The notes beneath the pieces were generated by a model that saw only the letters and a program-made list of their open reading frames with translations, did not search any database and had not been told where the DNA came from. A stretch of 64,000 bases of DNA from Verrucomicrobiales bacterium. Its GTDB lineage: Bacteria; Verrucomicrobiota; Verrucomicrobiia; Verrucomicrobiales; DEV007. The position numbers were made by a program, and so were the translations under genes. This document shows positions 27,380-36,364 of this stretch, in pieces (position 1 is the stretch's first letter; each line of letters begins with the position of its first letter). Where the stretch lies: positions 95,249-159,248 of the forward strand of contig JBBDRG010000011.1 in the NCBI GenBank assembly GCA_040905585.1. Reading direction: 5' to 3'.

Positions 27380-28819
27380 ATGAAAAACCGATTTCTCCTG
27401 ACCCTTGCCCTGACCGCCGTTGGATCGGTCGCTTCGACTTCCCCGGCCGCGGAGCCGGTTGCGATCGGCGACCGGCTCGAACTGTTCGGCGACGAGCACC
27501 TCGTGGAGTCGATCAGCGGCGACGTGCGCCGGCATGTTCATCGGCCCGAGCCGCGCGAGGTCGTCTTCGTGGCCGACGCTCCCTGGGAGGGGAACACCAG
27601 CGGGTACTATTCGGTGTTCCGCGACGAGGATCTCGTCCGTCTCGTCTACCGCGGGTGGGCTCACGAAGTCGGCGGTAAAAAGAGAGCCCTGCGTCCCGAA
27701 GTAACCTGCCTCGCCAACAGCGCGGACGGGCTCCAATTCGAGCGGCCGGTGCTGGAGAAGCACGAATGGGAGGGTTCTCTGAAGAACAACATCATTCTGA
27801 AAGGGAAGGCGACCCACAACTTCGCCGCCTTCGTCGACACCAACCCCGACTGTCCTCCGGAAGCCCGCTACAAGGGGATCGGCGGGCAAAAATCCGAGGG
27901 GGGGCTCTTCGTCTATGCTTCCCCGGACTGCGTGAATTGGGAGAAACTGGAGGATTCACCGGTCATCACCGACGGGGCCTTCGACTCGCAGAACATCGCT
28001 TTCTGGGATTCGACGAGGGAGGAATACCGGGCCTACTACCGGATTTTTTCGGGCGGTGGCACCGAGGGTGGAGAATGGAAGCCGAAGGGCAAGCGGGCGA
28101 TCCGCACCGCCGTTTCCAAAGATTTCGTGACCTGGGAAAAAGGGGTGGACGTCACCTATCCCGAAGGGACGCCGGACCAGCATCTCTACACCAACGCGAT
28201 CGAGCCCTACTTCCGTGCGCCCCATCTCTTCGTCGGGTTTCCGACCCGCTACCTGCCCGACGAGGGCCAACGCGTGGAACCGGTGTTCATGATGGGCCGG
28301 GACGGGGAACGCTTCACCCGGTTCGACAAGGCGGTCATTCCGGAATCCGCGCCGGCCGACCGGGCGGGCAACAGAAGCAACTACATGGCGTGGGGAATGG
28401 TGACGCTGCCGGAGCATCCCGACGAAATTTCCGTCTACGCCACCGAGGCCTACTACGGACCCGTGCCCGGACGCGTCCGCCGTTTCGTCTATCGCCTCGA
28501 CGGATTCGTGTCGCTGCGGGCCGACGCGGACGGCGGGGAAGCGGTGACCCGCCCGCTCGAGTGGAAGGGCGACACCCTGACCCTGAACTACGCGGGGCGA
28601 AGCGGGAATTCCTCGCTTCGGGTCGAGTTGCAGGACGCGGCAGGTGCGGCTCTCCCCGGCTTCGCGCTCGACGATGCCGTGCCCCTCACCGGCGACAACA
28701 CCGCCGCGACGGTCGAATGGAAGGGCGGCGCCAGCCTGGAATCTCTCGGAGATCAGCCGGTTCGCATCCGCTTCGTGCTGCGCGATGCGGACCTCTATTC
28801 GCTCCGGTTCGGCGGATGA
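27380..28819 (+). CDS. Secreted five-bladed beta-propeller glycoside-hydrolase-like protein
   Basis: Signal peptide; APWEGNTSGY, SADGLQFERP, SPDCVNW, FDSQN..FWD and TAVSKDFVTW repeats. Confidence 0.75.
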   Translation: MKNRFLLTLALTAVGSVASTSPAAEPVAIGDRLELFGDEHLVESISGDVRRHVHRPEPREVVFVADAPWEGNTSGYYSVFRDEDLVRLVYRGWAHEVGGKKRALRPEVTCLANSADGLQFERPVLEKHEWEGSLKNNIILKGKATHNFAAFVDTNPDCPPEARYKGIGGQKSEGGLFVYASPDCVNWEKLEDSPVITDGAFDSQNIAFWDSTREEYRAYYRIFSGGGTEGGEWKPKGKRAIRTAVSKDFVTWEKGVDVTYPEGTPDQHLYTNAIEPYFRAPHLFVGFPTRYLPDEGQRVEPVFMMGRDGERFTRFDKAVIPESAPADRAGNRSNYMAWGMVTLPEHPDEISVYATEAYYGPVPGRVRRFVYRLDGFVSLRADADGGEAVTRPLEWKGDTLTLNYAGRSGNSSLRVELQDAAGAALPGFALDDAVPLTGDNTAATVEWKGGASLESLGDQPVRIRFVLRDADLYSLRFGG

Positions 28820-28834
28820 GCGCGGGGCGGTGCG

Positions 28835-29404
28835 TCATGCGGCGACTCCCGCGAGCAGCCCGGAGAATTCCCGGAGGAAGGCAGGAATGTCGTCCGGGTT
28901 GCGGCTGGTGACGAGGTTGCCGTCGACAACGGCCTCTTCGTCCACCCAGAGAGCTCCGGCGTTTTCCACGTCGGTTTTGATCGAGTTGTAGGAAGTCATT
29001 CTCCGTCCTTCCAGTTCAATGGCGTCGATGAGAATCTGGGGCGCGTGACAGATCGCGCCGACCGGCAGCTCCATCGTGAAAAAGCTGGCCACGAAATCGA
29101 GGGCGTCCTGATTGGTTCGAAGCGTGTCCGGATTCATCACTCCGCCGGGGAGGAGGAGGCCATCGAACTCGTCGGCAATGGCTTTGGCGAGGTCGAGGTG
29201 TACGGGATAGGAGTCGCCCCAGTCGGAGACCGCCCCGTCCCACGCCTTGACCCTGTCTCCCTCGACCGGGCTCACGACGACGACTTCCGCGCCCGCCTCG
29301 CGCAACGCGTCGACGGGCTCGGTGAATTCGGGCTCCTCGAATCCGTCGGCGACCAAGACCGCGATCCGGTTTCCCGACAATGAATGTTGGATTTCTTCGC
29401 TCAT
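28835..29404 (-). CDS. PfpI/YhbO (DJ-1) family type 1 glutamine amidotransferase-like protein
   Basis: DGFEEPEF, LLLPGGVMNPDTLR, GAICHAP (nucleophile Cys) and LVTSRNPDD; AGGGGAG RBS before ATG 29404. Confidence 0.92.
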   Translation of the reverse strand: MSEEIQHSLSGNRIAVLVADGFEEPEFTEPVDALREAGAEVVVVSPVEGDRVKAWDGAVSDWGDSYPVHLDLAKAIADEFDGLLLPGGVMNPDTLRTNQDALDFVASFFTMELPVGAICHAPQILIDAIELEGRRMTSYNSIKTDVENAGALWVDEEAVVDGNLVTSRNPDDIPAFLREFSGLLAGVAA

Positions 29405-29670
29405 GACTCCCCTGAATCGCAATTGCCGTGCCTCGTGCCGATAGATGCCGCAACTTACTGACAGTCAAATTATTGATCAGCATGAATCGGAGGACGTTGT
29501 TGACCGGACACCGTTGCAGTATGGATTTTGCACGGTGCATCTTGCATCGGATCATGCGCGGCGAGCAGTCTCGCAACGGATCGATTAGAGTGTCGCGGTG
29601 GGCGTGGTCGTATTTCCGAATTACGCCTTGGTCGCGATCGGCCACGGCGTCGTAACGGCATGGAGAAATC

Positions 29671-31521
29671 ATGACGTTGGACAATCGTTTCTCCCGAACC
29701 CCGACCAAGCGCCCTTCGCGAGGCACGACAGGATGGTGCGCCGCCTTCGCCGTCGCGCTGGCAGCCGCTCTGGCGATCAGCTTGGCGCCCGCCCGCGACC
29801 TGACATTCCACGGGCCGATTCTCCAGTGGCATCGCGATCCGGCCACTTCGGTCGCGATCACCTGGGTGGAGCGGATTGCTCCCGAGGCGCTGGAGGCGCC
29901 GGTGTGGCGCGATGGACTGGCCGGTTTCGGCTACGGCGACGACGACGACCGGACCGAACTACCCAACATGAAGGACAACTACGAGCGGATCTATCTCGCC
30001 AATACCTTCGACCTCGCATCCGTTCCCGAAGGGGTGGACATGAGGCTGGTGATTCGCTACGACGATGCCTTCGTCGCCTGGATCAACGGGACGGAGATAG
30101 CGAGGTCTCCGAACATCAAGGGGCATCATGCCGCGGCCGACGTGAAAGACTGGCACGAGGCCCAGGAAGCGGAAACGTTCGTGGTGAAGAATCCTCGTCG
30201 ATTCCTGAAAGAAGGGAAGAACCTCATCGCGATCGAGGGTCACAACAGGAAGATCTCGAGCAGCGACCTGACGATCGACCCCGTCCTGATGCTGGGAAAC
30301 CGGGCCGTCGTTCCCGAGGCTGCCGAGTGGAAATACCTCGCCGGTACCGACCCTCCGGTTCGCTGGTTCCTTTACGATCCTTCCGTGCCGTCGCTGCCGG
30401 AACTTCCCAAGGCGGAGGAATCCGAGTGGACCGCGGGGATCAGACCGCGTCGGTCCAACGTCCCCTTCGAGGCCGTCAAGATCGACGAGCGCGAATTGGC
30501 CTCGACGGGCAACCCGGTCTTCGAGGCCAAGGTGGACGGGCTCGTTCCGGACACCGAATACGAGTACGTTTTGATGGCCGAGGGACGCGAGGTGAAGAAG
30601 GGATGGTTCCGCACTGCGCCGGCGGTGCTGACCCGACCCCTGAAATTCGTCGTCGGAGGAGACATGGGGACCTCGACCGCCGTGCCGGTCTGCATCCTGG
30701 CCGGGAACGAGGATCCGCTTTTCGCCCTGATCGGAGGAGACCTCGCCTACGCGAACGGAACCGATGCCCACAGGTGGTACGACTGGCTGGACAACTGGAC
30801 CGAGTTCATCGTCGGCGACGGTGGGCGGGACATACCCATCATCGCCGCCATCGGCAATCACGAGAAACACGGATACCGGGTGCGGAGGTCGGACGCGCCC
30901 TTCTACTTCTCCCTCTTCGACCTTCCCCGCCGTCAGACCAACTTCACGGTCGATTTCGGCGACTACATGAGCATTGTGGTCGTCGACTCCAACCACGCGA
31001 AAAAGGTGAAGGCGCAGACGTTGTGGCTCAACGGCCAGCTCAATCGTCGCAAGGACGTGCCGCACCTCTTCGCCATTTACCACCGGCCGGCCTGGGGCAC
31101 GGGCATCAAGGGCAACGTCGACGACATCCAAGACCATTGGTGCCCGCTTTTTGAGAAATACGGCGTCGATTGCGTTTTCGAGAACGATCACCACGTCTAC
31201 AAACGCACCAAGAAGATCGTCGGCGGCGTGCCGAACGAAGAGGAGGGCGTCGTCTACATCGGCGACGGCGCCTGGGGCGCCAGGCTGCGCCCCATCACCG
31301 AGAGAGGCCTGGAGCGGGTCGGCGGACGCCGGTATCTGGAGACGTGGGCCTCGCGCCACCATCTCGTGACCGTCACCATCGATCCCGACGGCATGAAGCA
31401 CTACCGGGCCAAGGCCCCCGGCGGGGAGGTTTTCGATTCATACGACGACCGCGGCACGCCTCCTGCGGCGACCGGACTATTCCGAAACTCGGCGCAAGGC
31501 GGGCCGAAAATTCGAAACTAA
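29671..31521 (+). CDS. Secreted purple-acid-phosphatase-like metallophosphoesterase with sugar-binding-like insert and FN3 domain
   Basis: GGDMG, GGDLAY, IGNHE, AIYHRP and FENDHH metallophos motifs; GFGYGDDD...YDDAFVAWING accessory module. Confidence 0.85.
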   Translation: MTLDNRFSRTPTKRPSRGTTGWCAAFAVALAAALAISLAPARDLTFHGPILQWHRDPATSVAITWVERIAPEALEAPVWRDGLAGFGYGDDDDRTELPNMKDNYERIYLANTFDLASVPEGVDMRLVIRYDDAFVAWINGTEIARSPNIKGHHAAADVKDWHEAQEAETFVVKNPRRFLKEGKNLIAIEGHNRKISSSDLTIDPVLMLGNRAVVPEAAEWKYLAGTDPPVRWFLYDPSVPSLPELPKAEESEWTAGIRPRRSNVPFEAVKIDERELASTGNPVFEAKVDGLVPDTEYEYVLMAEGREVKKGWFRTAPAVLTRPLKFVVGGDMGTSTAVPVCILAGNEDPLFALIGGDLAYANGTDAHRWYDWLDNWTEFIVGDGGRDIPIIAAIGNHEKHGYRVRRSDAPFYFSLFDLPRRQTNFTVDFGDYMSIVVVDSNHAKKVKAQTLWLNGQLNRRKDVPHLFAIYHRPAWGTGIKGNVDDIQDHWCPLFEKYGVDCVFENDHHVYKRTKKIVGGVPNEEEGVVYIGDGAWGARLRPITERGLERVGGRRYLETWASRHHLVTVTIDPDGMKHYRAKAPGGEVFDSYDDRGTPPAATGLFRNSAQGGPKIRN

Positions 31522-31566
31522 AAGCTGGAAATTCGACGGCCGGTCGCTTCCACTTAGGGCTCCGTC

Positions 31567-33597
31567 ATGGACTTCCTCCGACATTTCCTTGCACCGTCCC
31601 TTGTCTTTGTCGCGCTTCAGGTAGGAAGCGGAGCGGAGCGGGAAATCGGGACCTACACCGTCGAGGAACTTCGCAGCCGCGAGACGACGGCGGCTCTCTA
31701 CGAGGAGACGAGGAAGCGTATCGCCGGTCTGGAGAAAGACCTGGCGGAAGCGAAGACCGAAGGCGACGAGGACGAGCAGGAGGACCTCGAGGAGGAACTG
31801 GAACTCCTCGAGTTTTCCGGGAACTGGCTGCGGCGAGCGCTGGCGCCGGGCGCCGCGGAGCGGGAAATCTACGACGCCAATGCCCATGTCGAACGCTTTC
31901 TGCACACCCTCGAAGAGGGCTTGGGGCCGTCGGGGCTGTGGTCCCTGCCGAAGCTTTTCCGCAATGTCTTTCTCGGCGGCCTGGTTGGCCAGCCGGCACC
32001 CAACGTTCCCGCCGCGCGGAGGGACCAGCCCCTCGGGGAGGCGAGAGCGGAGAAAGAGGCGGTCAATCTTCACGCCTCCGGAAGAAAGGCGTATTTTTCC
32101 GTCGGGGAACTGGCCGCGATGACTCCGGAGGAAGTAGCGGCCCTGGACGTCTCGCCCGAACATCCCGTCTGGTACGATCGGCGAACGCTCGCCGGCATGG
32201 CCGACCCCGTCGAGCATCTCGAATCCCGCCTGCGTCGCGGAATGACCGCCGTCCTGCGGAAAGAGGGCGATCTCGACGCCGGTGCCGACTACCCGATGCA
32301 CGCGGCCCGCCGGGTTCTTTTTCTCGAGGAAATCTATCTCTCGGGAACGTCCGCGAAGGGCACCGCCGAAGATGCCTTCGGCGTCGAGTGGAAGGTGAAG
32401 TGGGGAGACGAGGTCGCCGTCGAACCGGTGGCGGGACGTCTCTATCTGCTGGCCGGCGGCAAGGCCACCGATTTCGTCTACACCTCCGGCCACGGCCCGG
32501 ACGACATGGTCCTCGTCCTGATGGATCCCGAAGAGGCCGAAGAGGAAAGGAAGGACGACGACGAGGACGAATTGTATCCTGTCACGGTCGAGGAACTGAA
32601 ATCAGACCTCGACGAGTTCTACGGCTTCGATGTCGAGCCCTACATCGCGGCTCGCGGGGTCGTCACCCCGAGCAACGTGGATTCGATTCTCCGGAATCAT
32701 CCCGGCGCGGGGAAGTCGAAGTACCGCAAGGAAAAGATGATCGGACGGCACTGGGTCGCGTTCCGGGAGTCCAGCGTGGAATTCAAGCCTCAGGGGTACA
32801 TCGAGCGCCACGACGGCTCCCGCATGTCGGACCCGGCGGCCATCCACGACCGGGCGTTTCGGGGGATGTATCTTTTCGATCTCTGGATCGCCAACCGCGA
32901 CGTCAAGGACGACAACAACAAGGCGTTTTTCTTTCGCTCTCCGGGCGAGGGCATGGAGATTTCGGAATACCGGGAGGGCCATCACGACATCGGACACGCC
33001 CTCGGGTCGGTTTGGAGTTCGGGCGAAGTGAACAAGTTCCGGCCCGGCGAGACTTTCGTGCGCCGCGGACTCTTCGGGAACCTGCGGTTTCCCCAAGCCA
33101 CCTTGTTCCGGCCGGGGGCCTGGGAGGCGGCGACGTGGGCGGACCTGAAATGGATGGCCGGGAACATCGTCCGCATTTCCGACAGCGAGATCGAGGAAGC
33201 CGTGTCCGCTTCGGGGTGGCCCGACTTCGTTCGGGCGGCGGTGATCTACAAGCTGGTTTCCCGCCGCGACCGGATCGCCGAGCTCTTCGGGATCGACGGC
33301 GGGAGCGATCGCGCTAGCGTCGCCGCGCCGACGATGAGCCTTCCCCTGGGAACTCCGGAGGAGATCGAGGCGGTGGAGAGACGGTACCGGCTCGCTCCGG
33401 GCTCGCTCGCTCGGGCCCTGGGAGGACGGCGAACCCGCCCCGGCTACAGCGAGACAGTTCTGCGGGACGGGAAGATCGCGGACTGCCGTCGATCCGCCGT
33501 CGTCCGGGAACTGGTTCGGCAGCGCTATCCTTCGGGACTGGACACCCGCTATAGCCGTTTGACCAAGACGAAGCCCCGATGCCTCGAGCCCGAGTGA
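31567..33597 (+). CDS. Secreted hypothetical protein with atypical protein/lipid-kinase-like motifs
   Basis: Signal-like N-terminus; GTSAK (Gly loop-like), WKVKWGDE (beta3 Lys / helix C Glu), NRDVKDDNN (catalytic D..N) and HDIG (DFG-like). Confidence 0.7.
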   Translation: MDFLRHFLAPSLVFVALQVGSGAEREIGTYTVEELRSRETTAALYEETRKRIAGLEKDLAEAKTEGDEDEQEDLEEELELLEFSGNWLRRALAPGAAEREIYDANAHVERFLHTLEEGLGPSGLWSLPKLFRNVFLGGLVGQPAPNVPAARRDQPLGEARAEKEAVNLHASGRKAYFSVGELAAMTPEEVAALDVSPEHPVWYDRRTLAGMADPVEHLESRLRRGMTAVLRKEGDLDAGADYPMHAARRVLFLEEIYLSGTSAKGTAEDAFGVEWKVKWGDEVAVEPVAGRLYLLAGGKATDFVYTSGHGPDDMVLVLMDPEEAEEERKDDDEDELYPVTVEELKSDLDEFYGFDVEPYIAARGVVTPSNVDSILRNHPGAGKSKYRKEKMIGRHWVAFRESSVEFKPQGYIERHDGSRMSDPAAIHDRAFRGMYLFDLWIANRDVKDDNNKAFFFRSPGEGMEISEYREGHHDIGHALGSVWSSGEVNKFRPGETFVRRGLFGNLRFPQATLFRPGAWEAATWADLKWMAGNIVRISDSEIEEAVSASGWPDFVRAAVIYKLVSRRDRIAELFGIDGGSDRASVAAPTMSLPLGTPEEIEAVERRYRLAPGSLARALGGRRTRPGYSETVLRDGKIADCRRSAVVRELVRQRYPSGLDTRYSRLTKTKPRCLEPE

Positions 33598-33703
33598 TCC
33601 ACTCAAGCCGGTCGAGTCCGCGGAGAGATAGGCTGCCGGCTCTCACCCGGCAAGCTGCGATGCGGCTTGTTCCTCCCGCTCCGGTTGCCTTCATTCTACC
33701 AGG

Positions 33704-34855
33704 TCACTCGTCCGTTTGGGATCGAGCCCGGAGTTGGGCCGGTCGCCCTTTCCCTTTCCGGCGCTTTCTCTGCTTCTCTTCGTCGCGGCGGGATTTTCTA
33801 ACCTCGGGCAACTCGCGATACATCACGGTCAGGCGCACTTGGTTCTTGTCGACGCGATCGATCTCGATGTTGTTCACTTCCACCCGGAATTCTTCGGCCA
33901 CCCTTTCCCTCAGGTAATCCTTGTCCAGCATCGTCGTCGTGTCCTTGGTCCGGTAGCGGATCCTGGCCGTCTGGTAGGCACCTCGCCAGACCCGGGGATG
34001 ATCTCCGGCCCACGCGGTAGCCAACACAACCAGCGAAGAAACCATTTCGATACGAGCGGGCAGCATGGCGTTGATGAATGTCAGAGCCACGGCACCGAGG
34101 AGATAGGCGACCTCCGTTTTCGAGAACGTGTCGCTCCGTAGCCGGACGAGAGCGAGCAGGGCGAAAAGCGTGAACCCGAACCCGGCCGTGAGACTGGTGC
34201 TGACGAGGAAAATCGGAAAGAGGAACAGGTTGAACCCGAGGAGCAGGAACAGCATCTGGTGGTCGTGGTGACGACGGTAGTAGATCACCCACGCGAAGAT
34301 GAAAATGGTGAGAAGGTTGAAGCCGAACTCGAACAGGAGGTCCAGCCTTCCCATGTCCGCGGGGCTTTTAGCTTTGTTGAACGTGCCTACGGGAGTCTGG
34401 AGACCGTCGATTACCGTCGCTATTGCTCCGACGCGTTTTCCGTAGACGTCGTATTCGACGTCCTGGTTTTCGCCGGGGCGCACGAACTCGACATCGTAGA
34501 ACCTGCCGCGAGAGGAGTGATCCACTACTTCGATTTCGGAGATCTCGTCGCTTCCGAACTCCATCCGGATCGCCCGTTTGATCTTGTCGGGAAGATCCTC
34601 GAATTCGATCGATCTCTCGGTTTCGACCCAGAAACCTTCCTCCGTGAAATCGGCCCGGTATTCTTTCCCATCCTCCGTGAACGCGGTTTCCCAGAAGCCG
34701 TTCGAATCCACCTGCCATTCCTCCGGCTCCACTTCGGGATATTTGCTTTCGAAAGCCTCCTCTACCGCCCTGGGCACCGCGAAGGCCGAAGCGGCCGAGA
34801 ACGCCATGAGAAGTGCCAGGACGTTGGCTTTGAAGGCAGTCGGTTTCACAACCAT
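33704..34855 (-). CDS. PepSY-like periplasmic repeats fused to a DUF4956 membrane domain
   Basis: Signal peptide; AVEEAFESKYP...WETAF...FTEEG.W and FYDVEF (PepSY-like); then YYRRH...FLLLGFN, AGFGFTLFALLALVRLRS (DUF4956) and a C-terminal IEIDRVD. Confidence 0.75.
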   Translation of the reverse strand: MVVKPTAFKANVLALLMAFSAASAFAVPRAVEEAFESKYPEVEPEEWQVDSNGFWETAFTEDGKEYRADFTEEGFWVETERSIEFEDLPDKIKRAIRMEFGSDEISEIEVVDHSSRGRFYDVEFVRPGENQDVEYDVYGKRVGAIATVIDGLQTPVGTFNKAKSPADMGRLDLLFEFGFNLLTIFIFAWVIYYRRHHDHQMLFLLLGFNLFLFPIFLVSTSLTAGFGFTLFALLALVRLRSDTFSKTEVAYLLGAVALTFINAMLPARIEMVSSLVVLATAWAGDHPRVWRGAYQTARIRYRTKDTTTMLDKDYLRERVAEEFRVEVNNIEIDRVDKNQVRLTVMYRELPEVRKSRRDEEKQRKRRKGKGRPAQLRARSQTDE

Positions 34856-35101
34856 GGGTAGCCTGTGATTGAAGAATCTCAAGGTTTGAGAGTGGGTGGA
34901 TGGCGCGGCGGGCGAGGGGATCGCTGATATTCGTTTCGATCACGGATCCCGCGCCCCGCGAATCTTCGTCGACCGGGCATGAAATTGTATACGCGGGAGA
35001 CCCCGTTCGGGTTCGCGGACAACCCGGAATCCTCGCTGGCGGCTCGGGAAAAGCAAGCGGGCCGAACCTTTCGGCGACCGGCTTTCCCCGAACCGGTCGG
35101 G

Positions 35102-35983
35102 CTACCAGTGTTCCGCGATCTTGCGCCGAAGGAAGGCCGCGCTGCGGGCGAGCTGCTCCATGCCCTCGACGCCGTCCTCGATGCTGATCCACCCGTCGAA
35201 GCCCTTGCTCTTCAGCTCGGTGAAAATGGCGTCGTAGTCGTTGAGCCCCTGGCCGATTTCGCCGTGCCGCAACCGCTTGGCGTAGCCCGCCGACCCGCCT
35301 TCTTCGTGCCGGAGGTCCTCCAGGGTGCCTTCGGCCAGGTAGCGGTCGCTGGCGTGCATCGTGACGACACGATGCGAGACGCGCTTCAGCAGCTCGATGG
35401 GATCCTCCCCCGCGAGGTAGGCGTTGCTGGGGTCGAAGTTCACGCCGAAATGCGGATGGCTCAGGCGGTCCACAAGGCGGCAGAAGACGTCCGCCATCTG
35501 GGCGAATTCGGGATAGTCCCAGAAGTCGTCCTTGTAGTGATTCTCCAGGATCAGGGTGACGCCATGAGCCTCGGCGTAGGGGAGGCACGCCTCGATCGAC
35601 CGCGCCGCCAGTTCCACGCCTTCCTCCGGAGTCAACTCCGGCCGCCGCTGTCCGCTGAGCACGCGGCAGTAGCTTCCGCCGAGCGCGTGGGTCATGTCGA
35701 TCCATCGCTTCTGCTTTTGGATTTCGTTTTCGCGGAACGCGGCGTCGGGATGCGTGAAGTCCGGCGAGCAGCACATCATGGGAATGACCATGTCGTTCGA
35801 TTCGACCTCCCGTCGAAACCGAGCCCAGTTCGACTCGTCCTCCATTTCGAGAAAGCCCGCGTACCATTCCAGCCCTTCGACGTCGAGGTCGGCCGCCATC
35901 GTGATCCACTCCGAGACCGACAGGGAGCCGTCCTTGCAGAGGGCCTGCATGAAGGCTTTGGGAAAGGCGGCGAGATTGGGCAT
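35102..35983 (-). CDS. Sugar phosphate isomerase/epimerase (xylose-isomerase-like TIM barrel)
   Basis: LILENH, NFDPSN, MHASD and WISIEDG metal-binding motifs. Confidence 0.88.
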   Translation of the reverse strand: MPNLAAFPKAFMQALCKDGSLSVSEWITMAADLDVEGLEWYAGFLEMEDESNWARFRREVESNDMVIPMMCCSPDFTHPDAAFRENEIQKQKRWIDMTHALGGSYCRVLSGQRRPELTPEEGVELAARSIEACLPYAEAHGVTLILENHYKDDFWDYPEFAQMADVFCRLVDRLSHPHFGVNFDPSNAYLAGEDPIELLKRVSHRVVTMHASDRYLAEGTLEDLRHEEGGSAGYAKRLRHGEIGQGLNDYDAIFTELKSKGFDGWISIEDGVEGMEQLARSAAFLRRKIAEHW

Positions 35984-36046
35984 GGGGGTCGGGGGTCGGA
36001 ATTAGGAATTAGGAATTAGGAATTAGGAATTAGAAATCGGAAGTCG
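35984..36046. repeat. Heptamer tandem array
   Basis: (gggggtc)2 (ggaatta)5 gaaatcg gaagtcg. Confidence 0.9.
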
Positions 36047-36293
36047 GGAGTTTGAGGCTTGATGAGAAATTTTTCCGGGCGATTGAGCATAGCGCCCAAC
36101 ATTTTTCCCACTTCCTGATTAAGCGGCTCCAATTCCGAGAACTCTTCGGCGGAAATGAACTCGCAATCTGCAGCGAAACAGAGGGAGGAATGCGTCTCCG
36201 CGCTTTCTCCGTCACTGTCCGTGAGCTTTGAAACTGCTCGTAAGCCTTGCGATACACGATCAGATCTCGCTCCGATTGAATCACTTTTCCCAT
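36016..36293 (-). pseudogene. Four-helix-bundle protein (23S-IVP/bAvd-like), internally deleted and frameshifted
   Basis: MGKVIQSERDLIVYRKAYE, then in the shifted frame VSKLTDSDGESAETHSSLCFAADCEFIS...EVGKMLGAMLNRPEKF. The central ~40 codons are missing. Confidence 0.85.
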
Positions 36294-36300
36294 GCCAAGC

Positions 36301-36356
36301 TTCCGACCTCCGACCTCCGACCTCTGATTTCCGATTTCCGACCTCTGATTTCCGAC
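36301..36356. repeat. Heptamer tandem array (8 units)
   Basis: ttccgac ctccgac ctccgac ctctgat ttccgat ttccgac ctctgat ttccgac. Confidence 0.9.
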
Positions 36357-36364
36357 GTCCGCCC

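Noticed and set aside
29418-29433. Sigma-54-like AGGCAC-GGCAA-TTGCG upstream of pfpI (minus strand)
   Set aside because: The implied start site (about 29407) would be only 3 nt before the ATG and would cut off the evident AGGGGAG RBS; the match is also imperfect.
36016-36293. Diversity-generating retroelement, suggested by the bAvd-like gene
   Set aside because: No reverse transcriptase and no template/variable repeat pair seen in the window.
35984-36356. Heptamer arrays as a CRISPR array
   Set aside because: Units are 7 nt and contiguous, with no unique spacers and no cas genes.
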